Below, in pieces: positions 13,337 to 26,575 of a DNA stretch of 64,000 bases (position 1 is its first letter; every line of letters begins with the position of its first letter). The stretch is from Balanoglossus misakiensis (Eukaryota > Animalia > Hemichordata), in contig CM082591.2 of NCBI GenBank assembly GCA_040954595.2, positions 8,410,380 through 8,474,379 on the forward strand, written 5' to 3'. Made by a program: the position numbers and the translations under genes. The notes under the pieces are model-generated. The model saw only the letters and a list, made by a program, of their open reading frames with translations, made no database searches and had not been told where the DNA came from.

Positions 13337-15892
13337 CTGCCCCACCAAGTTATAGGCATTCTTGACCTATGACCCGTCACTCTTGCCCTTCCTTACAAAC
13401 ACATACTTCACCCCACTGCAATTTCTTCAAAACTAACGTTTATTTTACCTGACAGCTTTCTGTCATATTTTGAGGCTGTATTAAAATAGAACAGCCAGTG
13501 ACTCTTTCTACTCGAAATTTCACATCACTTTATCTTATTACTTGAGGTAATTATAACCACTTCAAACTTCATTTGAAGAATCTCACATCTTCAATGCTTA
13601 TCCCATGAACACATAAGTTTCACTGTGATATGCGCCCTAGTTTTCAAGCCTTTACCGTTGACGGACAGACAGGCAGAATGCCATTCCCCAAGACAGACAA
13701 GGGCGAAAACAATTTTTGCGGTTACTATCCTGGTGGATACTCCAGTTTGTCAATAATTCCAGGTCAAAGAGATTCAGGCTAGATATATTCCTCGGGCTGG
13801 TACTTGTGCGGGTCCGGGTCGTTCTGATAATTGTCGTGGAAAAGACGTTGGTGAACCAGAAGCACAGGTGCAGGGCATTCTGTTGTACAATACGCCAGAA
13901 ACGTCCCACATGTACAGCGGGACGCCACCAACGGCCAGAAGCACACACATTACTGTACAGACGACACATAGGGACAGATTTCTCTTCGGGTTATTTTCGC
14001 GATATCAAAAAAGGCAACTGTTACGCGAGGATTAATTTTCGCATTCTCGTATTTCACTAACTTGCATCGTTATCTCCGAAAAAAAATGTACACTTTTTAT
14101 TTTCACGTTTTTTTTGGCTCTCGCGTATTTCGCGGAAATTTTTTGCTCGCAAATATAACCCGTTTTACAGTATATTGATGAAACACTAGGCAGTAAATAA
14201 TATTTTCAGTTTTTTTTAAATTCTGTGTATCCACTTACAGCTTCTTCTACTCCCTACATTGTACAACATATTGAGAAGCCCATTCCACTATTCAGCTTTT
14301 CGTCTTAGCCTATACACTTATTACCAACCACAGACCAACAAAGGCCTACAATATAACCAACAATGTTAAAGGTATAGGGTCATCTATGCACATATACCTA
14401 CGGTTACCATGGCAAATTGAGCTTTAGCCATTCACAGATTTTCAGTGCGTGGCACACGCGAAAAACGAGCGCCGCCTTATGTTCTTTAGAACACTCAAGT
14501 ACGCCATTTCTGACATATATGGGCGTGTGTAAATTGGAGGTGACTGTATACCTGTAATGTTGACCACTGAATTTTAGTATCCTCCAAATGTCAATTGTAA
14601 AATAACACATTAAAAGGTGAAATAATCAATGAAAGTTATAGCCACTGTCCCTCTAAGTATTTTGTCCAGACTGAAAATTCAATTATAATTTTCATGTCGC
14701 CACATTTATCATGAACAGGAACTTCTTCAAATTGATTTTAAAACTGAAAGACAAACTAGAGAAGGGTACAAATATTGAAAGCAAATTCTTAAAACCTAGA
14801 TATGGGTTTGAACAATCCAGCGACTTTCAGCCAGAGTATGATATTAACATTTTATTCAAGTTTTGATTAAAATCACTTCAGAAACTCTTGACAGATAATA
14901 AACACATTGTATAAATAATGCTGTAATCTGCATGCAATACTCATCATACTTGTATCAGACTCAAATATTTACAAAAACAAAAAATACGCAAAATTACATA
15001 AAATTTAATGAAGCTGTTCTTTTCATATTGCTGGTTGGCATGTATGAATTACTCGCTTATCACAACCAAATTTATTTCTGGTAAAGATTACTGTAAAATA
15101 GGTTATTTTTACGGAAATGTTCACGATATCAAAAGAGGCAACTGTTACACGAGGTATAATTTTAACGTTCTCTTATTTTTACTGCATCGTTATATCCAGA
15201 AAACATTTTATGCAACTTTTTATTTTCACATTTTTTGGCTTTCGCGTGTTTCCTGAAAAGTAATTGCTTGCAAAAATAACCCGTTTTACAGTATCTCCTT
15301 AACAGTCCATTTATATGTATTATTAATGAACAGTCAAGTCAGCACACAAGTTGTCATTCTGTGACAATAAATGGAATACTACAGAAAATGTCACTCCACA
15401 CGTACCTTACATGTATATACCAACCTACATACCAAGTGTTTACTGATTATGATAATAACTTTCTACGTAGGTCTACAAATCAATAGATATGAAGGATTTT
15501 TTTCTTCAAAAATATGAGCATGACATCAAACTTTCACCATGTCACCATGGAGATGGTCAGGATTTTTGCAATGACAAAACATAAACATGACATGATGCCT
15601 ACATCATAGTTTAGCTTTTTATCCTTGTGCATAGTCAAAAATAACTTGTGTGAGCCACTATAATTTTGTTGCTGTCATATGACAAACTGCACAGTTGAAT
15701 CTATCATGCTGAATTAGCCATTGTGATTTTCAGATATAATTTGCATACAACGTTAAACGTGAACAGAAACAGATCAAACTCCATTATTGGCCAGAATGAC
15801 TCACATGTCAGGAAATGGTCAAACCAACTCTTGCCTGGTCACATGATCCGTGCATATGCTTTTTGGCTGGTCCCGATCGTTAAACAAACACA

Positions 15893-16005
15893 TAGTCTCG
15901 GTTACCCAGACCCCTGTGCTTCTTCCGTTGGGCACTCCGGAAAGAGGGTCGGAGGAAATGCAATATAAAAATCTCCGGGCAGAGATAGCTGACTTGAGAC
16001 AAAAG
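15893..16005 (+). mobile_element. Second copy of the TAGTCTCGGTTACCCAGACC transposon terminus
   Basis: Reverse complement of ~13225-13336. Confidence 0.85.
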
Positions 16006-17044
16006 TTGTACCATTCAAATGCGTAGGCTGTATTTGCTGTCGATGTTGAGATATGAGGAAGTAGGCAACCACCGGAAATACATGTCCTACAAGTACAAAC
16101 ACAACAACCAAATGTGAAGTTCTACGTTGTAAGTACTTCAGTAAGTACATCAAAGGTCAGCTGAGGGTACCCAAAATTGGGCCAAAAATTAGGATTCTTA
16201 TTTGGTTCATATTCAAGACAACGGAAAATCCCCGCCCTTTGGGTTTGTCAAATTAGATATGGCTATAATAATGAGTTACGCAAGTAAGTTACAGGTGGCC
16301 CCAGGAATTTAGCATTTCATGACACAGAGGGTTCTACCCTACCCCTCCAAACACCTGGCTATATATGATGTGCATGCTTACATATGGAAAGCAGGTCAAT
16401 GGACACCTGAGGTCACCCTAAAATTTGACAAAAAAATTTCATTCCTGTTTATGTCATGTGCAACAAATCCTACATTTGCAGCCCTTTCACTTTGCCTACC
16501 ATTAGGTATGCATGTAATACATGAATCAAACAGGTGTCACAGGTATCCCCCTGTATTTGGCATTTCATGATAGTTTCATCCCTCCAAATACCAAAGCTGC
16601 ACCTATACAACGTGCTGAGATGTGGCACTGTACGACAGAGGTCATCCAAATCACCTTATACATTTGGGCACAAACCAACTGACACTTACATTCGTCCCTG
16701 TGGAACTAAAACCCCACATATCGGCCTGTTGGTTAGTGTAAAATTAAATGTACAAAATGAATGACTTATGCAGGTGCAACAGGTGACCCCGCCTTTGGTA
16801 TATCATTATGGTCCCATCCGTATACCCCCCCCCCCCCCCACGCCAAAGCTGCATGCATCTGCTGTTATTCACTAAGCAAAAGTAGGTGAAATGTCACATA
16901 AGGTCGCCCACAACTTGACAGGAAAATCAGACTTCATATTGATCCTTGTGCAACAAATACCACACTAGCATCCCTTTCATTGACCCCACAATTACGCATG
17001 CACATAATTGAGTTACGCAGGTGTCACAGGTGACCCCCGAATCG
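16006..17044 (-). mobile_element. Internal fragment of the Helentron-type non-autonomous element seen at 52336-56066
   Basis: Inverted high-identity match to ~54457-55996, lacking the LINE insert present there. Confidence 0.85.
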
Positions 17045-17046
17045 AT

Positions 17047-17412
17047 TTACTTGGAGCTGGTGTATTTTGTGACGGCTTTGGTGCCCTCACTGACGACGTG
17101 CTTGGCAAGTTCACCGGGCAGCAAGAGACGGACAGCAGTCTGGATTTCTCTGCTGGTGATGGTGGAACGCTTGTTGTAGTGGGCCAAGCGGGAGGCTTCA
17201 GCGGCGATTCGCTCAAAGATGTCGTTGACAAAACTGTTCATGATTGACATGGCTTTGGAGGAGACACCAGTGTGGGGGTGGACCTGTTTCAGGACCTTGT
17301 AGATGTAGATACTATAACTTTCCTTCCTGCGTCTCTTTCTCTTTTTGTCCCCTGTACGTGTGGCTTTTGGCTGACCGGCCTTCTCGGCTTCTTTACCGCT
17401 TGATTTCGGCAT
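17047..17412 (-). CDS. H2B: Histone H2B (open ORF with atypical substitutions and no 3' stem-loop; likely pseudogenising)
   Basis: [13 protein letters not shown]...[47 protein letters not shown]...TKYTSSK; HPDTG changed to HPHTG, KHAVSE to KHVVSE; repeat DNA begins ~4 nt after the stop. Confidence 0.9.
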   Translation of the reverse strand: MPKSSGKEAEKAGQPKATRTGDKKRKRRRKESYSIYIYKVLKQVHPHTGVSSKAMSIMNSFVNDIFERIAAEASRLAHYNKRSTITSREIQTAVRLLLPGELAKHVVSEGTKAVTKYTSSK

Positions 17413-17465
17413 GGTGAACGATGATGGTGCAAAGTTTGGAATGCCAAATTGGTGACATTTCCCCA

Positions 17466-17692
17466 ATATTTATATGTAAACACATGCAAATGAAAGATTC
17501 TAGATACAAAGCGCGAAATCCGACGAACGTGATTGTAGTCAAAGTATCAATGGAAAAGACAATAGGCAGAACATCCTATTGTTATCGTACCATTATCATC
17601 AAAATAAACCAAAAGTGGAGATTTCGTTCTGATTGGTTGATGTTATTAGACTAGGATCCAAATACACTGTATATAAGCTGTGCAAGTCCATA
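17466..17692. promoter_or_regulatory. Divergent H2B/H2A promoter
   Basis: Minus-strand ATTTGCAT octamer (17484-17491) and TATAAATA (~17468-17475); ATTGG/CCAAT box at ~17632; plus-strand TATATAA at ~17670. Confidence 0.65.
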
Positions 17693-17729
17693 TGTGTCAA
17701 TTATTTTGAAATTTACACGAAATAAGAAA

Positions 17730-18139
<410 letters not shown>

Positions 18140-18170
18140 TATGTGTGCCTAGAGCATACGCAAACCAAAC

Positions 18171-18208
18171 GGCCCTTTTCAGGGCCACCACATCCTCCAA
18201 AAAGAGAA
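18171..18208 (+). terminator. Histone 3' stem-loop plus purine-rich downstream element (H2A)
   Basis: GGCCCTTTTCAGGGCC at 18171-18186, ACCA, then CAAAAAGAGA. Confidence 0.95.
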
Positions 18209-19343
18209 CTATCGTAACAACTTTAGTCTATTTTTCTAATATAAATAAACAATGTTCAACTCTCGCCGTTTTTCGGCCGACAAACTTAAAAATTCCCATC
18301 ACAGCCAATGCATGAAAACACATTATTTTGAAGAAATTAAATTGCTATTACACAAGAGTGTACTACATTGAGAGATGAATGTATTACGGCAGTCATTATT
18401 TTTGTGTGTACTCTCTGGCGTGTTGGCATGGAAACGTTGATCATAGTTTCTGCCAGCCGAACAGAAACAACAGGATGCCATTAAAAGTTTCAATTGTATT
18501 TTAAGATCCGAGTTACCAGGATGTCATTGAAGCCATGGACTTTAATAAAGTAGAAACCCACAACACAAAACGTCTGGATTTTATCACTTTTGAGACAATG
18601 TTCTGGGAGCGCTTCGATCGCGTCTCGTGAATAGCGTCATGCAAAATGAAATTTGAAAGTGAGATTTTCACGTCTATATATTCATAGAGAAGAGTAACAT
18701 TTACGGGTTTTTAACGCTTTATTATTAATAGTTTGCAGCTAGCTTTACAATAGGCCATTGTTTCAAATAGTATGTTCCAACTGTTCACTGAAAATGAGCA
18801 CACCATAATGGTATATTTAGCAGGGAAAAATCACGGTCTAAGGTCTACACGCGATCTCTAAGGAAATAATTAATGAAATATAAAGAAAATTCATGGGAGA
18901 GATAAAGTAAACTGTCATGGCCAAACCAACGCTAATTTCTTCATTATTGTATTTCGTCATTCATAATTTTTGATGAAAGTTACCTCGGCCTGAATGTCGC
19001 ATTGTGTATGGTCTGTGATTTTAGAAATGTGACAACTGCTTACGATTTCCACTATTCATTTTCTTCGCAGCCATTGTTATAGTTACATCCCAAAGGTATT
19101 TCTAGCAGTTTTGGCCGACCCAAACCGACTCCATTGTCTTTTGGGATAATTAAAGTCGAGAGTATTGAGTATTCTGAAATACTATACGTCTGAAAGTGTT
19201 AGTAATGTGAACGGATTTGCGCACATAACCAACTTTAATAATATAGGGTCTAGCGCACGATTAACTTTCAAGTTCGATGACTCAAGCTGAAAGAATGAAA
19301 CTCATCATTCAAGTACATGTACTGCTGTTATGCTACGGTAGTT

Positions 19344-19380
19344 TCTCTTTTTGGAGTATACGGTGGCCCTGAAAAGGGCC
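19344..19380 (-). terminator. Histone 3' stem-loop plus downstream element (H4)
   Basis: Reverse complement GGCCCTTTTCAGGGCC at 19365-19380, then CCAAAAAGAGA. Confidence 0.95.
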
Positions 19381-19411
19381 GTTTTGTTCGGGTTTGGAAA
19401 GAGACGCTGCT

Positions 19412-19792
<381 letters not shown>

Positions 19793-20243
19793 TTACGAAC
19801 GGGTAAGCGAACACCGTGAAACATTTACAACTTGTGGTAATTTGCAAAACAATGCATCTTCACATGAACTACATTTACATTGGGCGATTATAGAATTTGG
19901 AGTACCCAATCAGAATACATCGCCAGCGAAAAACACACTTCATATATCATGGACGAACAAAAAGCGAAAGAGCGTGCCTCCTATTAATATACTTGTTAGA
20001 ACCATTCATAATCCAAGTAATTTTTAGTTTAGATTCAAATTAATTCATGCATGCATGTTTTTCAGTACACATGGAAGCAAGCTCTGTCATTTTCTCGCAA
20101 AAGAAATAAAAATGAAAAAATATTATGCTTTAATAAGCACCCACATTGATGTTTTTCTTTCGAACAGAAAATTGCGATGTAACGTGATGAACCCGTCTTT
20201 AAGATATTTGTAATTCGAAGCGATATATACGTGTCTTTTAGGA

Positions 20244-20269
20244 GCTCTAACCAACTGAGCTAACCGGCC
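20244..20269 (-). tRNA. 5' fragment of a tRNA-Ile-like gene (acceptor strand and D-arm only)
   Basis: Reverse complement GGCCGGTTAGCTCAGTTGGTTAGAGC matches the 5' end of eukaryotic tRNA-Ile(AAT) as I recall it; anticodon and T arms absent. Confidence 0.7.
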
Positions 20270-20414
20270 ATGCTTCGATCGATATGATTATCTCAAAAAT
20301 AATTATCTCAAAAAAGACAACGCAAGATACGATATGTACAATTCATTTTTATTCAAAGTCATCACATGCTGGATTGAAAAGGGCCGTTTTGTATATGTAT
20401 GCTGAGCATACGAT

Positions 20415-20731
20415 TTACTTGGAGCTGGTGTATTTTGTGACGGCTTTGGTGCCCTCACTGACGGCGTGCTTGGCAAGTTCACCGGGCATGCAGCAAGAGA
20501 TAGACGGACAGCAGTCTGGATCTCTCTGCTGGTGATGGTGGAACGCTTGTTGTAGTGGGCCAAGCGTGAGGCTTCAGCGGCGATTCGCTCAAAGATGTCG
20601 TCGACAAAACTGTTCATGATTGACATGGCTTTGGACGAGACACAAGTATCGGGGTGGACCTGTTTCAGGACCTTGTAGATGTAGATACCATAACTTTCCT
20701 TCCTGCGTCTCTCTCTCTTTTTGTCTCCTGG
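20415..20731 (-). pseudogene. H2B: Second histone H2B, N-terminus deleted, frameshifted, stem-loop broken
   Basis: [35 protein letters not shown]...TAVRL then frameshift near 20490-20505; stem-loop remnant GGCCCTTTTCAATCC at 20371-20385; octamer+TATA (ATTTGCATATAAATA) survives at ~20756-20770. Confidence 0.9.
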
Positions 20732-21743
20732 CACAGGCCACCAGTCTTGTTCTCTTATTTATATGCAAATATCGATTGTGCTTTTCACTTTCTGGATAAT
20801 GAGCATCACGCCAAAGTGTGAATTACCTGTTGGGATGACAATAAAAAAATCGATGGATGGTTTGCATTGCTTTACAATGATTGCCTACTACATGTAAACA
20901 ATACATACAGTTGTGTACTTCTTGTGACGTCCCTGTCAAAGCCACTGACATATTAACTTATAATAAAGTAGCAATCAACAAATCATAAAATTGTTGTCTT
21001 AGAAGTATAGCCAGCGGTAATTTCTTAAAGATTGAAACATTTTCATGCTCCGCGACGGCAAACTGCAAGTCTGTAAAGTGAAAATACTATATACAACGAC
21101 CAAATGGAAACTGTCGCCGACATCAAACAGTAACAACACATAGTATTTTCCTTGACATCCAATTTGACAGATCAGTGACGGTATCGTACCATGACCTTGC
21201 TTGACACAGCTTTGCACTCAGGAGTCGACTGAAACACTACTTCACGACGACCAAATCTAAACACGTCAGAAGTCAAATGTACTCTTACAACCACGCAGGC
21301 TTACCAGAAGACGATTCGGAGAAACTGAATCTATTCCAAAATTTCGAGATTGATGATCAAACCTTTTCAAATTTACGATCAAACATACTTATTATACAAT
21401 TTATCGCACAAACTATTAAAATGGTCAAATTCAGACTGCCTCCAATTTTCGCTGTCCACTCGCCTTCCGTCTACAGCTGACTGACAACAACAACAACACA
21501 GACTTTCACGGAGATACTTTCGTTTCATAATCGGGAAAAGACAGACACAAACAATAGTATGAAAGCAGGCGCTTTTCAAGCCAATAGCTTTCACTATAGG
21601 AAATGTTTATTTTTCCTAAATGGATGTATTCAATTTGATGTAACTGTTTTAACAGGGCAAATAGTTGCTGATGAGTTTGTAACTATGACGCCGAATACAA
21701 CGAGTAGATTAAATTTACCTCTATGAAACGATCTACGTTTTGT

Positions 21744-22165
21744 GTTTCTGTTTCGGCGTATGACTCGATAGGGGAAATCCCCTCAAATCACGTGACGTGG
21801 AGGTCATACCTTAGCACAGCACTGAACGCTTGGGTCTCTTCTCCAGCTAGACCAGCTACCATTACCCAAAGGGTAAGGTGAACTTTACTTTGTTCAAAAT
21901 TTGCCGGTGTCAAACAAGGTATAAAACACGACGCTGGGTTATTGTTTTTGGTAGGCGTTCGACGACTATAGTTATGAACCTATCTACTTTTATGTTGTCT
22001 TTTAACATGGCACAGTCGTTCAGCACATACATGACCCAATCGGGGAAATCTCACACACCACGTGACACGGGGGTCATTCTTCTGTACAACACTGAACGCT
22101 TCCAGGATTCGAGAAAAACGGATATTTTCCGGTGAGACCAGCCGCAGCTACCCAAAGGTAATTAG
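21744..22165 (+). promoter_or_regulatory. Two tandem promoter/first-exon modules upstream of DED gene 1
   Basis: GGGGAAATCCCC 21771-21782, TCACGTGAC 21788-21796, AGGTCA 21801, donor GTAAGG 21873; second copy GGGGAAATCT 22042, CACGTG 22059, GGGTCA 22071, donor GTAATT 22158. Confidence 0.6.
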
Positions 22166-23197
22166 GTAAACATTACAAACAAATTACCTTACACATTCAT
22201 AGCATGCTAAATGTATTACTGCTACATTGCGCTTATAACAATCGAAAACCCGGTCGTAAAACGACAACGCAAAAAATAGAGTCAACTGTATTCATGGCAT
22301 GGTATTAAAAATTTCAACGAATAAATCTACTATACACAGTTTCAAAATGACAGCGTTTATCGTAGGCCTAAATGTGATAATTTGAAAGATAGAAAATTCC
22401 TTATATTTAACCTTTTGTATACGCCAGAGTTGTCATATGCACCCCGGAAAGATGTAACCTATAGACGACGTGTCTTAATCCAAGGCAGCGTTGAAAATTT
22501 CGGGTGACTCATTGCCACGCGCACTCTTAAATGCTGTAACCAGACTATTGTGTTCAGTTTTCTTTAGAGAAATGTCTTTTAAAAGGGAGGGGTCACAAAG
22601 AGTGACTTTTGCATAAATGTCTTCTGTGAAATTGGAGAGCCAATATAAATCGTTTTCAATTCGTTTTCACCAACTACAATTCACCCGTTTTCGCTAAAAT
22701 TAAATAATAAAATGAACTTGAAGGGCTTCAAAATAGTGCATTCTGGGGGGGGGGGGGGACGTGTCAAGTGTGATTGTTGTAGCATATGACCTAGTCTCAA
22801 CCATTGGTGCACAGTTGACTTGCGGTTGATGAAAACTACTTCTATTGGCTATTACAATTACATCGCAGAAGATGCAGATGCAAAAATCACCCTTAGTGAC
22901 CCATCTCTTTAATTCCCATAGCACAGAAAAAAATAAGATCGCTAGTCGTTTCATGATGAACGCATGTAGTATTTTTTCTCAGTATCTTCCTATGACCAAA
23001 CCATATTATTATGAAACCTGTACTAGGTGCAGGTAAAAAGGAGTTTTCGTTTAACTCTTGGCAGTGAATTTTATGTTTATTTTGATGTAGCGTGATGCGC
23101 GATGGCGTAAATGTCATTGTTTTTAAAGTTACACAACTTTGATCATCACACAACTATACTGATTCTGACTTTCCTTTCGTAGATACTTCAGCCCGCG

Positions 23198-23485
23198 ATG
23201 GAAAATCAGATAAATCGACTCAAATGCTTGTATTACGATCTGGATGGACAGATCGTCAGAGATAACCTTGACGAGATGAAGGTACTCCTCAGCGACAAAA
23301 TAAAACCACGTGACATCGAAAGTTTAACCAAGTCATACAAAGTCTTCGAGAAATTAGAAGAGCTGGGGTATATATCAGAGAACGACCTTGAACTCTTAAT
23401 CAACCTCTTCAAGACGATGAAGATGCCAAAATTAATAAAGATGATAGAGGAATATCTAACACCCGAGCATGACGCACCTGTTTAG
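23198..23485 (+). CDS. Death effector domain (DED)-only ORF, paralogue of the first coding exon at 27574
   Basis: LYYDLDGQIVRDNLDEMKVLLSDKIKPRDIESLTKSYKVFEKLEELGYISENDLELLINLF fits the DED pattern (L..L....L..LK.L....I....E......F..LE..G.I...N/DL..L..L); preceded by a probable 5'UTR intron ~23033-23182. Confidence 0.75.
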   Translation: MENQINRLKCLYYDLDGQIVRDNLDEMKVLLSDKIKPRDIESLTKSYKVFEKLEELGYISENDLELLINLFKTMKMPKLIKMIEEYLTPEHDAPV

Positions 23486-24728
23486 AGTACATACATGTAT
23501 TACCACTGTCAAGCAGAACAGTTGCAATTCAAACAGTTGACAGAAATAGACACTAGTGGTGACATTGAAGGACATACCAAAAGAGATTGCAGGATCACCA
23601 TTTTTGTTTTTAAAATACATTGATGTACAATTGTAAAACTCAGGAAATTGAAAATATTTCAAAATTTAACGGAAATATCGGCCATTTTATCTCCGTCTGG
23701 TATAATTCAGTGTTTAGTAGCGTTGAACAAGTTAACGTGATCAAGATCTTGTCGACATAAACTCCAATTCCCCTTGCCAGCTACTTCTAGTTTTTTTCAC
23801 ACCAGTTATAAAGAGAACGCAACCCGAAACAAAAATTGTCCGATAGAGAGTTTAAAAACCACATATTACCTGACAGATACCATTGCATTCTTGTTATTCA
23901 CATTAAATTGTTGTTAAACATAAATAGTTGTTTAGGCCAGTGCCACTGTTTTCATAGTCAGGGCCTGCGATGTCTCATGTGTACATTTTGTTTGTGTCAC
24001 GATTTGTCCCGTTTTGTTGGTTATATGACGTAGTGCAAATGCTTCAATTAATGATTGATTGGTAAATAAATAAATTAATGTATGAAGAAAGGCATACTAT
24101 GCATATCGTGGGATATATTTTGTTGTGATTTTCCAAGTTCATTAGAAAGAGGGCGATGTCTCGTTCGGACAGGCTAGCGAATCGTTAAAGGGACAAAGTC
24201 TCTCTCTCGCTGCCCCCTTTCCCATGAATTATGTTTGTTAGAAGAAACTGTTTATGTTATTTTACACGTGGATATATAGTGAATCAACGTTCAATCACAC
24301 ACAACTACACAAAATCAATATATGGTCTGTACCGTGTATTTGAGCGCGAGCTTCAATTCTTAGAGTACATGCGCAAGTGTATGTTGCCGTCTGGCACTGG
24401 AAACGCAAACGTACGTGGTCGCCCACAACTCATTGCATCAGCATAGACACTTAAACGAGCCTGGAAAACTGCAGGGCGGATAAAACATTTGGTTCCTCGG
24501 AAATTCAATGTTGTAATGAAATCAAAACGCTCTGTGGCGTTGGGAACCTACCGTCAGTTCTTGGTTGTGGTAGTTCACAGTAAACTACAAGCCATGTGTG
24601 GTCATCTTGTGAGTTAATTATGATTTGGAGTAAGTTTTTAGTGGATTTTTGACTTAAAAAGAGAGACTTTGACCCATTTAACATTAGAAATAGTGGCATT
24701 TAACACAAATGTGGTGTTAATGTTACAG

Positions 24729-24852
24729 GTAAAGACAAGGGGGGGGGGTAAATGGAATGATAATCGTTAAACATCTTTAAGCATCTTTAATCTGTGGGTA
24801 AGAAACTGTCCAGATTTGAAACATGACAATGACACCCAAACAAAATCGCAAT

Positions 24853-24910
<58 letters not shown>

Positions 24911-24960
24911 TTGAATTACTGACAGACAAAGTGGCACATCCTTTAATATTGATGAAGCCA
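24729..24960 (+). pseudogene. Decayed paralogue of exon 2 of the DED-NHL gene, with (CAA)n expansion
   Basis: acacaaatgtggtgttaatgttacag|gtaaag...aatgataatcgttaaaca resembles acacaattatggtgttaatctttcag|gaaaag...aatgataatcgtgaaaca at 28093-28160; G-run and CAA tract at ~24853-24910. Confidence 0.6.
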
Positions 24961-26575
24961 CAAATCAAACTGAATATTCAGTGATCAGAGACCGTATTGA
25001 CGGTATCCAAACATCTGTGTATGCAGACTGCACAGCCGAGAAACACCAACTTTCGAGTACATTGTACTTGCCGTGATGAAATGGGTGAATTTCGTTTTCT
25101 CATCTAAAATTATGGTTCTTGTTTACGTAGACGATGTTTACATAACCAGATTTCGGTGGATCATTAAAACAAATTTATGCGTCAATCGTTCCCACTTATT
25201 ATACGGAAATAAGGACTTGTGACTTTAAGCATGATTCTTACCGATGGCTGACTGTTGCTATATGTACACGCGTTCATTAATCGACGAGAAGTACAGATGA
25301 ACATAGCGCCCTCAGTGTACGGTAGCGAGAATAGCTCCAGACCCCACCCCGCCTACTACTTTCTCCCCTCTCTCTAATATGTTTCTATGCAACACACACT
25401 TAATATAAGATAAAACTCATTGTCCGAGGACATCAGTAGTTTTAACCAGCTCCCGTAACTGGGCCGTGTCTCGTTTCATAGCGGTGAGATGTTGAGATGC
25501 TATTATTCGAACTTGTCAAACTTCTGTTGTTATTGCATGCCATATACTCCACTGCTTATCGGCTTTTGAATTCATTCCAATTGTAGTCTCCATGGCATGC
25601 AGGGGTTCAAGATCTCAATGTCTGTGAAATTATTTTCAGAGCAAAAATAGTGTGATCAAAAGCAGGCGCTATTAAAGCCACATGCTTTCGGGTTGCGAAT
25701 GCCTGTTGGCCAAATGTAAGCACTCAATTTGATACTATTATTGTAGCTGCATAGAGATCGATATTTCAAGTATTTTGTGAGCAATATCGCCCACTAGTAT
25801 TTCAGTAGTTTTTGCTGGAATCTGTTTAGCGTACCAACTAAAAGGCCATTAGGTAAACCATTTTCACAGTTTGTATATTTTGAGTTTACATATGAGACGT
25901 ATACAAGGGTATTGCGCAATCGATGCGTTTTAGGCTATATAGTGATGTCAAGTCTGCACGGACAGTATTTGGAGAGGTCGCGGTAACATTTTTGACTGCG
26001 TCATCTTGAGTTTGACGCATTCATAAAAAATTGTATTAAAGATAGCTAGAAACTGGAGTTGAGCGTGTCGAACGCGGCGTACCTCTCAGAAATCGCCCCA
26101 AAACACACGGAAGATCGTTGTAAATGGGCAAATGGGATAGCAGGTATGAATTTTGACATGGAATGAGTGGAATCGATGCAGATTTATTGATTAATTTTCA
26201 CCTCTGTGTGAGTGAAAACATCTACGGAACTTGGCAATGCATCTGTCAAAATTGGATTTGGTTGCATGTGTCCGAGGCGAACACCGTGTATATCCGATCG
26301 CCGTGTATACAAGACCCAACTCGCAAGCGACTGTGACTGTTAGTACTGTATATAACGATAGAGTCTTAGAGAGCCACATTAAAGATATGCCACATCAGTC
26401 AAGAACATGAATGAATAAATTGTTTAGTTCTGCTACAATTATAATAGGGAATATGGTTGCTGATAAGTTTGTAACTATGACAACGAACCCTAAAGGTACG
26501 ATAAATTGACAATTATGAAATGATTTACCTTTATTTGTTTTCTGTTTGTATTTGACAGTCGCTCAGCATATGATA

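Noticed and set aside
24767-24968. Poly-Cys/poly-Leu ORFs (also VC/TH repeats at 58.7-59.1 kb and YI repeats at 60.0-60.2 kb)
   Set aside because: Translations of microsatellites.
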